Below, piece by piece: positions 33,496 to 43,473 of a stretch of DNA of 64,000 nt. The DNA is taken from the NCBI GenBank assembly GCA_002416285.1, contig DICM01000034.1:274-64273 (forward strand), in the 5' to 3' direction. The translations under genes were made by a program, and so were the position numbers. Under the pieces are notes generated by a model. The model saw nothing but the letters and a program-made list of their open reading frames with translations, did not search any database and was not told where the DNA came from. Numbering within the stretch: the first letter of the stretch is position 1; the number at the start of each line of letters is the position of its first letter. The DNA is from Bacillales bacterium UBA5026. Its GTDB lineage: Bacteria; Bacillota_I; Bacilli_A; RF39; UBA660.

Positions 33496-34392
33496 CTATT
33501 CTCCATGTGGATGGTAAGTTTGATAATTTTGCTCTAAAAAATGGTCTGATAAGTGAGTATAAATCTGTGTAGTTGAAATATCGGTATGTCCCAGTAATTC
33601 CTGAACACTTCTTAAATCAGCGCCATTTTCTACAAGATGGGTTGCAAATGAATGCCGTAAAGTGTGTGGTGACAATTCTTTTTTTATGCCTTGCTCTGTT
33701 GCAATCTGTCTCACTATTTTAAAAAATGCTTGTCTTGTCATCGAACTTCCTCGACTACTCAAAAACAAATCATCATTAAGCTCTCTTTTCAAAAGTTGAC
33801 TACGATAATCCACAAGATAGATTGATAGGGCTGCTAAAGCATAATCGCCAATTGGAATAATCCGTTCTTTATTTCCTTTACCGAATACTTTTACAGTCGC
33901 CATCTCTAAATTCACATCATGAACCTTTAAATGAATTAGCTCACTAATTCTAAGTCCAGAAGCATACATCAATTCAAGCATGGTTTTATTTCTAAAATCA
34001 TATTTGGTTTTTAATGGAAAACTTAATAATTTATCTACTTCCTCATGCGTAAGCACTTTAGGAAGTACCTTTTTTAGTTTTGGTTGAGCTATCCCATCAA
34101 TTGGGTTTTCCTTTGTAATTTTTTCAATCTTCAAATATTTATAAAATTGTCTTAGTACTGTTAATTTATGTGCAATACTTCGCTCATCATTTTTCATTAA
34201 ATCCAAGTACTTAAGGTAGTTTCGAATAACTGTTTTATCAATTTGTTCAAGTGTGTTCAAATTCAATTTATCTAAGAATTCAATAAATTGATCCAAATCG
34301 TTTTCATACGATTTTTTTGTATTCACACTGTATTTGCGATCAATTAATAAATAATTTAAAAAGTCTTGTTCCAATTCTTTTATCATATTCAT
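33496..34392 (-). CDS. xerD: Tyrosine site-specific recombinase, XerD/XerC type
   Basis: 298 aa. Catalytic pattern: GLRISEL (Arg), HTLRHSFATHL (H-x-x-R), LLGHTDISTTQIYTHL (His and Tyr). Confidence 0.85.
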   Translation of the reverse strand: MNMIKELEQDFLNYLLIDRKYSVNTKKSYENDLDQFIEFLDKLNLNTLEQIDKTVIRNYLKYLDLMKNDERSIAHKLTVLRQFYKYLKIEKITKENPIDGIAQPKLKKVLPKVLTHEEVDKLLSFPLKTKYDFRNKTMLELMYASGLRISELIHLKVHDVNLEMATVKVFGKGNKERIIPIGDYALAALSIYLVDYRSQLLKRELNDDLFLSSRGSSMTRQAFFKIVRQIATEQGIKKELSPHTLRHSFATHLVENGADLRSVQELLGHTDISTTQIYTHLSDHFLEQNYQTYHPHGE

Positions 34393-34497
34393 CTACCCTA
34401 TAATCATTATACAATAGAAATAGGTATTTTTCACGTATAAAGCCAAAATTATCCGAAAAGTTGACAAAAAATGTGCTAAAATGGTGATGGTGATATT

Positions 34498-35709
34498 ATG
34501 AATGAACCTTTAGCAATCAAGTTAAGACCAACTTGCTTAGATGAAATTATCGGTCAACAGCATCTCGTTGGAGAAAATCAAATTTTTAGAAACCTTGTGA
34601 ACAATAAGCGACTTTTCTCTATGATTTTGTACGGAAAACCAGGTATCGGAAAAACAACGATTGCTCTAGCGATTGTTCAAGAATTAAAATTACGTTATCG
34701 AATGTTAAATGCGGTCATTCATAGTAAAAAAGATTTTGATATCGTTATCGAAGAAGCGAAGATGTATGGTAGTATGATTGTCATTATGGATGAGATTCAT
34801 CGTTTAAATAAAGATAAACAGGATCTATTACTTCCCTATTTAGAGAGTGGTTTAGTTACATTAATCGGAATGACAACATCTAATCCTTATCACAAAATTA
34901 ATCCAGCAATTCGAAGTAGATGTCAAATATTTGAATTAAAAGAGTTGACAGAGGATGATATTGTTCTAGCAATTCAAAAGGCTGTTGCTTCCTCACTTTT
35001 AGCGTCGATTTCGATCGATGAAGAAAGTATTCATTATATAGCTACTCTATCCGGTGGTGATTTACGGTTTGCATATAATCTTTTAGAGATGGCTTACTAC
35101 TCTTCTAATGGAAAAATCGACTTAGAATTATTGAAAAAAATTAATACAAAACCAGTATTTTTTCACGATAAAAATGATGATGGTCATTATGATGTTATCA
35201 GTGCTTTTCAAAAATCAATTCGTGGTAGTGATGCGAATGCTGCTTTGCATTATTTAGCAAGACTAATTGAGGCTGGAGATCTAGATATTATTTATCGACG
35301 TATGACCGTTATTGCTTATGAAGATATCGGTCTTGCAAATCCATCGATGGGTCCTAAGGTAGATGCAGCTATCAATGCTTGTGAACGATTAGGTTTACCA
35401 GAAGCCAGAATCCCACTTGCAGATGTCGTTGTTGAATTAGCATTATCGCCTAAATCAAATAGTGCTCATTTGGCACTCGACATGGCGATTAATGACATTC
35501 ATAAAGGGAACGTTGGGAACGTTCCACCACATCTTAGAACTTCATCTCCAGATTATAAATACCCCCATAATTATCCTAATGCTTTTGTAAAACAACAATA
35601 TCTTCCAGATAATCTCAAAGGAAAAAAATATTATCAACCGAAAACAACTAGTAAATATGAACAATCATTAAAACAAGTGTATGATAAAATAGATGAATTA
35701 CAAAAATAA
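34498..35709 (+). CDS. rarA: Replication-associated recombination protein A (AAA+)
   Basis: Walker A GKPGIGKTT, Walker B IVIMDEIHR, and the MgsA C-terminal domain (YDVISAFQKSIRGSD). Confidence 0.9.
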   Translation: MNEPLAIKLRPTCLDEIIGQQHLVGENQIFRNLVNNKRLFSMILYGKPGIGKTTIALAIVQELKLRYRMLNAVIHSKKDFDIVIEEAKMYGSMIVIMDEIHRLNKDKQDLLLPYLESGLVTLIGMTTSNPYHKINPAIRSRCQIFELKELTEDDIVLAIQKAVASSLLASISIDEESIHYIATLSGGDLRFAYNLLEMAYYSSNGKIDLELLKKINTKPVFFHDKNDDGHYDVISAFQKSIRGSDANAALHYLARLIEAGDLDIIYRRMTVIAYEDIGLANPSMGPKVDAAINACERLGLPEARIPLADVVVELALSPKSNSAHLALDMAINDIHKGNVGNVPPHLRTSSPDYKYPHNYPNAFVKQQYLPDNLKGKKYYQPKTTSKYEQSLKQVYDKIDELQK

Positions 35710-35718
35710 TTTCAAATC

Positions 35719-35746
35719 AAAGCGATGATTATAATCATCGCTTTTG
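35719..35746 (+). terminator. Terminator after rarA
   Basis: 10-bp stem AAGCGATGAT/ATCATCGCTT, loop TATA, then TTT. Confidence 0.7.
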
Positions 35747-35873
35747 TAAGTCTCATATAAATTGAAATGTATTATAGTTTTTGTCAATTAATCATTATAA
35801 TTACATAAAATTTGACAAATAGAAAGTTTTGATGTATTATAACAACATTTTCATGAAAAAAGGGGGAGTTTTG

Positions 35874-36077
35874 GTGAAATTAAACTATAATAAAATTATT
35901 TATCTAACATTACATTCTGTAGCAGTAGGACTATTAATTATTCTGTCATGCTTATTATTATTTACAAATTATGTAATGTATACATATTTATCATTCTTTA
36001 CTACATATGCACTGGGAATCTTACTAATTAAAAAGATTCATAAATATCCATTATGGATTCAAAAAGGAAACAATTAA
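35874..36077 (+). CDS. Small membrane protein (67 aa)
   Basis: GTG start 5 nt after AAGGGGGAG. Two TM segments. Confidence 0.4.
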   Translation: MKLNYNKIIYLTLHSVAVGLLIILSCLLLFTNYVMYTYLSFFTTYALGILLIKKIHKYPLWIQKGNN

Positions 36078-36088
36078 ATGTTTCCTTT

Positions 36089-36859
36089 TTATATCGTATG
36101 AGTCAAAAATGAAAGTAAAGAATTAAAATCAATTTTTAAGAAAAACAGAATCATCGCACCAACTGCCAAAAAAGGGCCGAATGGAATAATATGATCTTTT
36201 TTCTTATATAGAATAATTAAAGATATCGGTAATCCAATAAACGATGCAATGAATATAGCAATGATTGTCATCTCATATCCAAGAACTAACCCAAATAGAA
36301 ACATTAACTTAATGTCTCCTCCCCCCATCGATTCTTGCTTGAATAGAAAATCACCAAACTTTTTCAATAAAAACATAATAAGAAAAGCAGCAACACCATT
36401 CAACAGTGCGATTCCCAATTGATTCCATCCACTTTTTAAGAATATTTCAATTGATAACATTACTACTGATACAATCAATATCTCATCTGGAATAATCATT
36501 GTTTGATAATCACTAATAATTATTATTAATAATGTAGAAACAAATGTTAGTGCAATTGCTAGATCAATTGAAAAACCAAAAATAAGATATGATAATGAGA
36601 ATAACAAGCCTGTTGTAAGTTCAAAAATTGGATAGAACAAAGAGATTCCTTGCTTACAGTTTTTGCACTTTCCTCCTAAGAATAAATAAGAGAATACAGG
36701 TATTAATTCACTTGCTCCAAGGCGATGTCCACAATTTGGACAATGGCTCGGCGGGGATACAATTGATTCCCCTTTTGGTAAACGATACCCTACTACATTG
36801 TAAAAAGAACCTAATACAATGCCAAAGAGAAATAAAACGACTGTGTAATAAATTTCCAT
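36089..36859 (-). CDS. Prepilin peptidase (A24 family, PilD/ComC)
   Basis: Zinc-ribbon CPNCGHRL...CKNCKQ, and GGGDIKL containing the second catalytic Asp. Confidence 0.88.
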   Translation of the reverse strand: MEIYYTVVLFLFGIVLGSFYNVVGYRLPKGESIVSPPSHCPNCGHRLGASELIPVFSYLFLGGKCKNCKQGISLFYPIFELTTGLLFSLSYLIFGFSIDLAIALTFVSTLLIIIISDYQTMIIPDEILIVSVVMLSIEIFLKSGWNQLGIALLNGVAAFLIMFLLKKFGDFLFKQESMGGGDIKLMFLFGLVLGYEMTIIAIFIASFIGLPISLIILYKKKDHIIPFGPFLAVGAMILFFLKIDFNSLLSFLTHTI

Positions 36860-36897
36860 TTAGCCACTCCTTAATAAGAAAAGGAATTCTCATTCCT

Positions 36898-38784
36898 TTA
36901 ATAACTTTGAACTGTTTGATACATATTAAACATTGGAATAATAATAGCGAGAATAATAAATCCTACAATTACTGTTAAAAAAATGGTAATGAATGGTTCA
37001 ATAACAGTTTTAATACGAGTAACAGAGTCTTTATGTAATCCCTGATAGTATGAGGATACTTTTCCCATCATCTCTGGAAGTTCTCCTGTTTTTTCACCAG
37101 TTACCAACATTTCATATGCCGGTATTGGAAACGCCCAATGATCTTTAAACGCTGCTGAGATTTTATCTCCACGAGCTAAATTCGTAATCGTATCTAAGAT
37201 TAACATTTTATAAATTTCATTGTTGGTAATTTTATTTAGGATCTCCATACTTTCTGTAATGAAGACATTATGACTTAATAATGAACTAAATGTTTTTGTA
37301 AACATTGTTACTTCATTATAGATAATAGTTTGTCCAATAAATGGTAAATGCATGGCAAACCACTGGCAAATTGTTCTAAAGATTTTGACGTTTCTATATA
37401 GATAAACGAAAATTGCAAGGAAAATAACTAATCCTACAAAAATCCATATAATATATGATTTTAAGAAAGCACTTATAGCGATTACTAATTTCGTAAATGC
37501 TGGAATCTTAGAAGCATCCATACTTTCATAAATCTCAACAAATTGTGGTATAACGAACATTAAAATAAATGTGATAACGGCAACAGACATAATAAAGACG
37601 ATGGAAGGATACATCATAGCTGTAATCATCTGTTTTCTCGTTTGTTCACTTTCAGTATAATATTCTGCCATATCATCTAGAACTTCTGGTAGTTCTCCTG
37701 TCATTTCCGCGGTTTTAATCATATTGATTAACAGCCTTGGAAAGGCAACATTCTGTTTTAATAAAGCATCACTGAAATTTTCTCCCATTGTAAGATCGTA
37801 AATAACGCTTTTGAATATTTTCTGATAAGATTTTTTCTTATATTGTCTAGATAGAATTCGAAGTGATTCTACAAGTGGGATACCAGCCTTGATATAAGTT
37901 GATAACTGAGTTAAAAAGAAAATTAAATCTTTTGTTTTAAAGCGGGTGTGATTAACAGAATCTCCACCGTGTAAAAAACGAATCCACCAACTTGTTTTAA
38001 TGCTATATACTTCAAATCCTTCACTTAGTAAGAAGGAGTGAACTTCAACTTTTGAGAATGCCTCAAAATATCCTGTTACAACGTTCCCTTCTGGATCTTT
38101 AGCAATATATTGATATAGTAACTTTGTATCACTTTTCTCTGCATCTTCACTATTGAAATCGATCAGTAATGCTTCTTTCTGCATAGTTTCTTTATTACGA
38201 CGATTTTTTGCAAATGAATTGTTTTTTAATTTATCAGCAATTCTTTTGGGAAAATCGGAAATTGAAAGCCATGTTTTATGCAGATTAGCTCCCATTCCAT
38301 GCCCTTTAATTCTTACCTTTTTATCAGAGTAAATATCAATTGGCTTCTGTAACTCTTCAGCTCTTTTTATTTTAGCAAGTTCTTGTTTTCTTCTTCGTTC
38401 CTCAATTGCTGCTTTTTTAATATTTTCTCGTTCTTCTCGTTGAATTTTCTCCAATTCCTCAAAACTCAATTTTCTCGCTTTTGTAGAAACAGGTTCAATT
38501 GTCTCTGCAAAGAAAATGTCATCTTTACGGAACCTTGATATTCGTTGTGTTTTCTTTTGTGCAAATGCTTTGTTTGACCGTACTGCAGGAATTAACAAAT
38601 AAATAAGAAATAAGAATCCCTTATAAATATATTTTAATAATTTCCAAATTCCTTCTGATAGCGAAATAATTGTAAATGTAATTCCTAAAAATACATACTT
38701 CACAAATAAAAAAGGAATGATCAATATTGTTTTCACAATCCTATACACCCAAATACATGGTATTAAATATATTGGTTTGTGCAT
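36898..38784 (-). CDS. Type II secretion system F / PilC-family platform protein with a roughly 230-aa N-terminal extension
   Basis: The C-terminal ~400 aa carry two T2SSF repeats (MIKTAEMTGELPEVLDDMA and MLVTGEKTGELPEMMGKVS). The N-terminal part has TM segments plus a K/E-rich stretch. Confidence 0.8.
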   Translation of the reverse strand: MHKPIYLIPCIWVYRIVKTILIIPFLFVKYVFLGITFTIISLSEGIWKLLKYIYKGFLFLIYLLIPAVRSNKAFAQKKTQRISRFRKDDIFFAETIEPVSTKARKLSFEELEKIQREERENIKKAAIEERRRKQELAKIKRAEELQKPIDIYSDKKVRIKGHGMGANLHKTWLSISDFPKRIADKLKNNSFAKNRRNKETMQKEALLIDFNSEDAEKSDTKLLYQYIAKDPEGNVVTGYFEAFSKVEVHSFLLSEGFEVYSIKTSWWIRFLHGGDSVNHTRFKTKDLIFFLTQLSTYIKAGIPLVESLRILSRQYKKKSYQKIFKSVIYDLTMGENFSDALLKQNVAFPRLLINMIKTAEMTGELPEVLDDMAEYYTESEQTRKQMITAMMYPSIVFIMSVAVITFILMFVIPQFVEIYESMDASKIPAFTKLVIAISAFLKSYIIWIFVGLVIFLAIFVYLYRNVKIFRTICQWFAMHLPFIGQTIIYNEVTMFTKTFSSLLSHNVFITESMEILNKITNNEIYKMLILDTITNLARGDKISAAFKDHWAFPIPAYEMLVTGEKTGELPEMMGKVSSYYQGLHKDSVTRIKTVIEPFITIFLTVIVGFIILAIIIPMFNMYQTVQSY

Positions 38785-38903
38785 ACAAACACCATCCAAT
38801 CTCTCTCTATTCTTTTACATTACTATAAGTATAACACATTCTATCATATTTTGTAAAACATTTTTTGCTCGATTCATATAATATTCTAGAAAGGAGTATA
38901 GGT

Positions 38904-39275
38904 ATGAATTATTATAACCCTTATTTCTCAATCTATCCAACCATGTCTGCTCCTACTAGTACAGGAATTTTAGGAAGTGCTCTAAGAGGTGGACTCCGTG
39001 GTGGTATTAATTTTAGTAGTATTCTCTCTGGTACACAAAAAGTATTAGGTATTGCTAATCAAGCAATTCCTCTTGTAAAACAAGCTGCACCAGTTATGAA
39101 AAATGCGAAAACGATGTTTCATTTAATGAACGAGTTTAAAAAAGTAGATACCCCTAAAGTACCTGTCACAGATACTAGAAATGAAACCGATTCTTTAAAT
39201 AACGGACCTACAGATACTACTGAGGTTTCAGATGCAGTTGTTGCTTCTAAAGAAGGACCAACATTTTTCTTATAA
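38904..39275 (+). CDS. YqfQ/VrrA-like protein
   Basis: FSSILSGTQKVLGIANQAIPLVKQAAPVMKN resembles the YqfQ pattern. Sits next to trmK-sigA-dnaG as in Bacillus. Confidence 0.5.
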   Translation: MNYYNPYFSIYPTMSAPTSTGILGSALRGGLRGGINFSSILSGTQKVLGIANQAIPLVKQAAPVMKNAKTMFHLMNEFKKVDTPKVPVTDTRNETDSLNNGPTDTTEVSDAVVASKEGPTFFL

Positions 39276-39288
39276 AAAAAAGAAGATT

Positions 39289-39942
39289 TTAAATCATCTT
39301 TTCTAGTTTCCGAATTTGCTTTTTTAAGATATGGGTTTGGATGTAGTTCTTTTTAGGAATATGTGATAATATATTCCTTTTTTGCTTTATTAAAAATTGA
39401 AAATAATCTCTACTAATTTCACTATTTGAGCAAAGGTAAGGGCCAAATTCATACTCCCACCATCGATATCTTTTTCTCCCCTTTTTCCATTTTATAATTA
39501 CGTAATAAATATTTCGATCAAGAATTACCGTTTCTTCCAAAATTTGATATCCCAATTTTGTTATAAAACGTCTCAATTCTGATAATTCATTATTGCTCTG
39601 TACAATAATTGTATCGCAAAGAGTTCGTTTTGAATGACTTAAAATATGCTTCATTGTAGAAGTTCCCATACCAGAGATAATTAGTGTTGTTCCTTTTTTT
39701 ACATCAATTTGTTCTAGTCCATCACTTAAAACAGTTGTAATTTGTGCTTTCAAATTATATTTTTCTATATTTTGTTTAGCATTCATTAATGCGTTTTCAT
39801 TGATATCACTTGCGGTACAACTATTTCCGTTATAAAGTGTTAGATAAATATCTAAAAACGCATGATCACACCCGATATCAACAACGGGTACACCTTTATC
39901 TACAAGTTTAGCAATCTCTCTAAGTCTACGTCTAATCTGCAT
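39289..39942 (-). CDS. trmK: tRNA (adenine22-N1)-methyltransferase
   Basis: SAM motif VVDIGCDHAFL. Lies directly downstream of sigA as in Bacillus (yqfN). Confidence 0.78.
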   Translation of the reverse strand: MQIRRRLREIAKLVDKGVPVVDIGCDHAFLDIYLTLYNGNSCTASDINENALMNAKQNIEKYNLKAQITTVLSDGLEQIDVKKGTTLIISGMGTSTMKHILSHSKRTLCDTIIVQSNNELSELRRFITKLGYQILEETVILDRNIYYVIIKWKKGRKRYRWWEYEFGPYLCSNSEISRDYFQFLIKQKRNILSHIPKKNYIQTHILKKQIRKLEKMI

Positions 39943-41018
39943 TAATCACCTAGATAATCTTTTAGTTTTCTTGAGCGAGATGGATGACGTAATTTTCGAA
40001 GAGCTTTCGCTTCGATTTGACGGATACGTTCACGTGTTACACCAAACAATTGTCCAACTTCTTCTAATGTTCTAGATTTTCCATCTTCAAGTCCAAAACG
40101 TAAACGAATAACCTTCTCTTCACGTTCTGTCAATGTTTTTAACACTTCAGAAATTTCATCTTTTAACATTTCATTTGTGGCGAATTCTTCTGGACTGACA
40201 TTTCTCTCATCTTTGATAAAATCTCCTAGATGAGAATCATCCTCCTCACCAATTGGTGTTTCAAGTGATACTGGTTCTTGACTAATTTTATAAATGTCAC
40301 GAATTTTATCTACTGATATATTCATTTTTTTTGCTAATTCTTCTTCTGAAGGTTCACGGTTTAATTCCAATGTCAATTGACGTTGAATACGAGCTAGTTT
40401 ATTAATGGTCTCAACCATGTGAACTGGGACACGAATCGTTCTCGCTTGATCGGCGATAGCTCTGGTAATTGCTTGACGAATCCACCATGTAGCATAGGTT
40501 GAAAATTTATATCCTTTACTAACATCAAATTTTTCAACAGCCTTCATAAGACCGATGTTTCCTTCTTGAATTAGATCAAGAAATAACATTCCTCTCCCCA
40601 CATATCTTTTTGCAATACTGACAACTAGACGAAGATTGGCTTCCGCTAAACGAGCTTTCGCGTCTTGATCTCCTTCTAAAATAAGATCTGCAAGCGCTAA
40701 TTCCTCATCCATAGTAAGTAATTTTATTTGTCCAATTTCCTTTAAATACATACGAACTGGGTCATTGATGGTAAGGTCCTTCGTAAGGATTGCATCATCT
40801 AATAAAAGCTTGTCCCCGCTTTGATCATCTTCATCCTCTGCTGATACAATAGCGATGCTATTTTCATTAAACAAGTTATATAACTCATCTAATGAATCCG
40901 CATCTAGTTCTAAACCTTTTAGCGCATTTGCTAATTCTTCATAGGTAATAAATCCTTTTTCTTTTCCATTTTTTACTAGTTCCTTTTTTCTGTCTTCAAA
41001 TGTTTTTATTTCGTTCAT
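39942..41018 (-). CDS. sigA: Primary RNA polymerase sigma factor
   Basis: Regions 2-4 are highly conserved ([74 protein letters not shown]). Confidence 0.95.
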   Translation of the reverse strand: MNEIKTFEDRKKELVKNGKEKGFITYEELANALKGLELDADSLDELYNLFNENSIAIVSAEDEDDQSGDKLLLDDAILTKDLTINDPVRMYLKEIGQIKLLTMDEELALADLILEGDQDAKARLAEANLRLVVSIAKRYVGRGMLFLDLIQEGNIGLMKAVEKFDVSKGYKFSTYATWWIRQAITRAIADQARTIRVPVHMVETINKLARIQRQLTLELNREPSEEELAKKMNISVDKIRDIYKISQEPVSLETPIGEEDDSHLGDFIKDERNVSPEEFATNEMLKDEISEVLKTLTEREEKVIRLRFGLEDGKSRTLEEVGQLFGVTRERIRQIEAKALRKLRHPSRSRKLKDYLGD

Positions 41019-41028
41019 ATTTTTCTCC

Positions 41029-42771
41029 TTATAATTCGTTTCCTATTCTTAATTCGACTATTTTCTGTGCGAGTCGGGCTTTTTCTAATGGATCAGTCTC
41101 ATTCCGAATTTTTTCCTGTACTCGTTTACATTCATATTTAATATTATACTCTTTAATCGTTTTTACATAATCATCGATTTCTTCTTCGGAATAATTTTCC
41201 TTTAAATTTAATTTTAGTATCTCATTAATTGTCGTTTGGTTCTCCTCAGTTGCTTCTGTGAAAAAATCAGCTAAATTATAAAATTGATGTTGATGATAGA
41301 AACCCCAAAGTGAATTTGCAAGTTTGCGATACTTATCTGTAGGCATATAAGCTACTTTATTATGATAGATTTGAATAATAGTAAGATCATTCAACATGTA
41401 ATAAAGCAAATTTTGTTCGGCTTTCCGATACTTATTTTGTTTTGGTATTGATTTTTCTTGGATTGTTTTCACTTCACGTACACTTGCTTTTTCTTCCATT
41501 TCCTTTTTTAGCAAATCCATACTGAGTTTGGATTCTGTACTTAGTTTTTGTAAGGTTAATTCTTTTAATACTGGATCGTCAATTTTCGCTAATTCCTCAA
41601 TAATCGTATGAATATATTTAGAATATTCTAGTTGATTTCCTAGATCCTTATCCTTTTTTAAGTAATTGAATTTAAAATCCATAATATTCATCGGATTTTC
41701 GATTTTTCGTAAGAATTTTTCTTTTCCATATTTCTGAATATATTCATCCGGATCAAGATTTTCTTCTAGTCTTACTATTTTTGGCGTAATACCAATTTCT
41801 AACAGTTCATTACTACAAGATAAGGTAGCTTTTGCCCCTGCCTCATCGCCATCAAAACAAAGGATTACTTCTTTTGCCATTCTTTTTATCAGATTAGCTT
41901 GTATCTTTGTAACAGCTGTTCCCATCATTGCAATAGCATTGGTTATTCCAACACTATATGCACGAATAACATCCATAAAACCTTCCATTACAATTATGTA
42001 TCCTTCTAGTCTAGAAGTTTCTTTCGCACGATGATAATTGTATATAAGTTCCCCTTTTTTAAAGATTTCTGTTTCCCTGGTATTGATATATTTTGAAGTA
42101 TCAGTCGTATTATAGATTCGACCACTATAACCTACTACTTGTCCATTTAAATCCCATAGCGGGAACATGATTCGATTGTAATAAAGGTCTTGGTAACCAT
42201 AATCATTTTTGGTAATTAATCCAGTTTTAGTTAAATCATTAGGATTATATTGTTTTTGAAGTAATAATTTTGCTAAAACATCACGTTTTGTTAGTGATAA
42301 TCCTATTCCAAATTCTTTCACCAACTCTTTATCAATTTTTCTTTTTTCTAAATAGTCTCTAGCTTCTTTTCCTTCCGCTGTATTAATATTATTCTGATAA
42401 AACTTTTGACTAATTTCATAGATATCATATAATGTTTGATTTTTTTGAACAGTTTTATAAGTTGAGGTTAAATTTAATGGAATTCCAGCTTTGTCTGCCA
42501 ATAATTTCATCGCCTCTATAAATGATATATGCTCGTAATCCATGACAAATTTGAAGACATTACCACCGGCACCACAAGAAAAACAATGATAAATTTGTTT
42601 CTCCTTTGAAACACTCATACTTGGTGAGTGATCGTCATGAAAAGGACAAACGCCAAAGAAATTCTTTCCTTTTCCTGTTAAAGGTAAATATCCACTTATA
42701 ACATCGACAATATCCACACTGCTACGAACTTTTTGAATTAAATCTTCATCTATTTTGTCAACTGCTGTCAT
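41029..42771 (-). CDS. dnaG: DNA primase
   Basis: Zinc ribbon [13 protein letters not shown]...CFSCGAGG and the Toprim motif EGFMDVI. Start set at MTAVDK; the upstream extension in the track ORF looks non-coding. Confidence 0.9.
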   Translation of the reverse strand: MTAVDKIDEDLIQKVRSSVDIVDVISGYLPLTGKGKNFFGVCPFHDDHSPSMSVSKEKQIYHCFSCGAGGNVFKFVMDYEHISFIEAMKLLADKAGIPLNLTSTYKTVQKNQTLYDIYEISQKFYQNNINTAEGKEARDYLEKRKIDKELVKEFGIGLSLTKRDVLAKLLLQKQYNPNDLTKTGLITKNDYGYQDLYYNRIMFPLWDLNGQVVGYSGRIYNTTDTSKYINTRETEIFKKGELIYNYHRAKETSRLEGYIIVMEGFMDVIRAYSVGITNAIAMMGTAVTKIQANLIKRMAKEVILCFDGDEAGAKATLSCSNELLEIGITPKIVRLEENLDPDEYIQKYGKEKFLRKIENPMNIMDFKFNYLKKDKDLGNQLEYSKYIHTIIEELAKIDDPVLKELTLQKLSTESKLSMDLLKKEMEEKASVREVKTIQEKSIPKQNKYRKAEQNLLYYMLNDLTIIQIYHNKVAYMPTDKYRKLANSLWGFYHQHQFYNLADFFTEATEENQTTINEILKLNLKENYSEEEIDDYVKTIKEYNIKYECKRVQEKIRNETDPLEKARLAQKIVELRIGNEL

Positions 42772-42906
42772 AGTATCAAACTCCCTATAACTTAAATATA
42801 CGACATTTTTCTTTAAAATCCTTTTTTTGTAAGAAAAAAAGTGAACTTTTTTGATATTTTTGGCTATTTTTTGCTTTTTTGGATAAAATAATAGCAGGTT
42901 ACGTGT

Positions 42907-43449
42907 ATGAATTTGAAACATTGGAAAATAATAGATACTTTATTGTTGTTTGGCATTTCCTTTTTAGTGCATTTTTTGTATGAATGGTTTCCCAATCCTC
43001 TCAGTGCAGTATTCGCACCAGTGAATGAAAGTATATGGGAACATATGAAATTGCTTTCTACTACATTCTTTCTAAATGCGATATTAGAATATTTCCTATT
43101 TTATATATTAAAATGGAAATATGAAAATCTATTCTTGGGTGCTTTTCTTTCGGCATTGCTTAGTATTCCAATTTATTTCCTGTTTTATTTACCAGTTCAT
43201 TATTTATTTGGTTATTTCATGTGGTATGCAATACTTTTATTATTTTTAATATTCTTATTTTTTAATATTTTCATGTATTTATTCCTACAGAGAAAATACT
43301 ACAAGAATGGAAATACCGTTGCTTTTATTGGATTTATTGCATTATTTATCTTATTTAGTTATTTAACTTATCGACCAATTAAGCAAGACTTATTTTTTGA
43401 TCATAAAGAGCAAAAATACAGTATAAACAATTATGTTATCGCATCATAA
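42907..43449 (+). CDS. Polytopic membrane protein of unknown function
   Basis: 180 aa, about 5 TM segments, NESIWEHMKL motif. Confidence 0.5.
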   Translation: MNLKHWKIIDTLLLFGISFLVHFLYEWFPNPLSAVFAPVNESIWEHMKLLSTTFFLNAILEYFLFYILKWKYENLFLGAFLSALLSIPIYFLFYLPVHYLFGYFMWYAILLLFLIFLFFNIFMYLFLQRKYYKNGNTVAFIGFIALFILFSYLTYRPIKQDLFFDHKEQKYSINNYVIAS

Positions 43450-43471
43450 AAGGGAAGAAAATCTTCCCTTT
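43449..43471. terminator. Bidirectional terminator
   Basis: 9-bp stem AAAGGGAAG/CTTCCCTTT. Confidence 0.7.
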
Positions 43472-43473
43472 GT

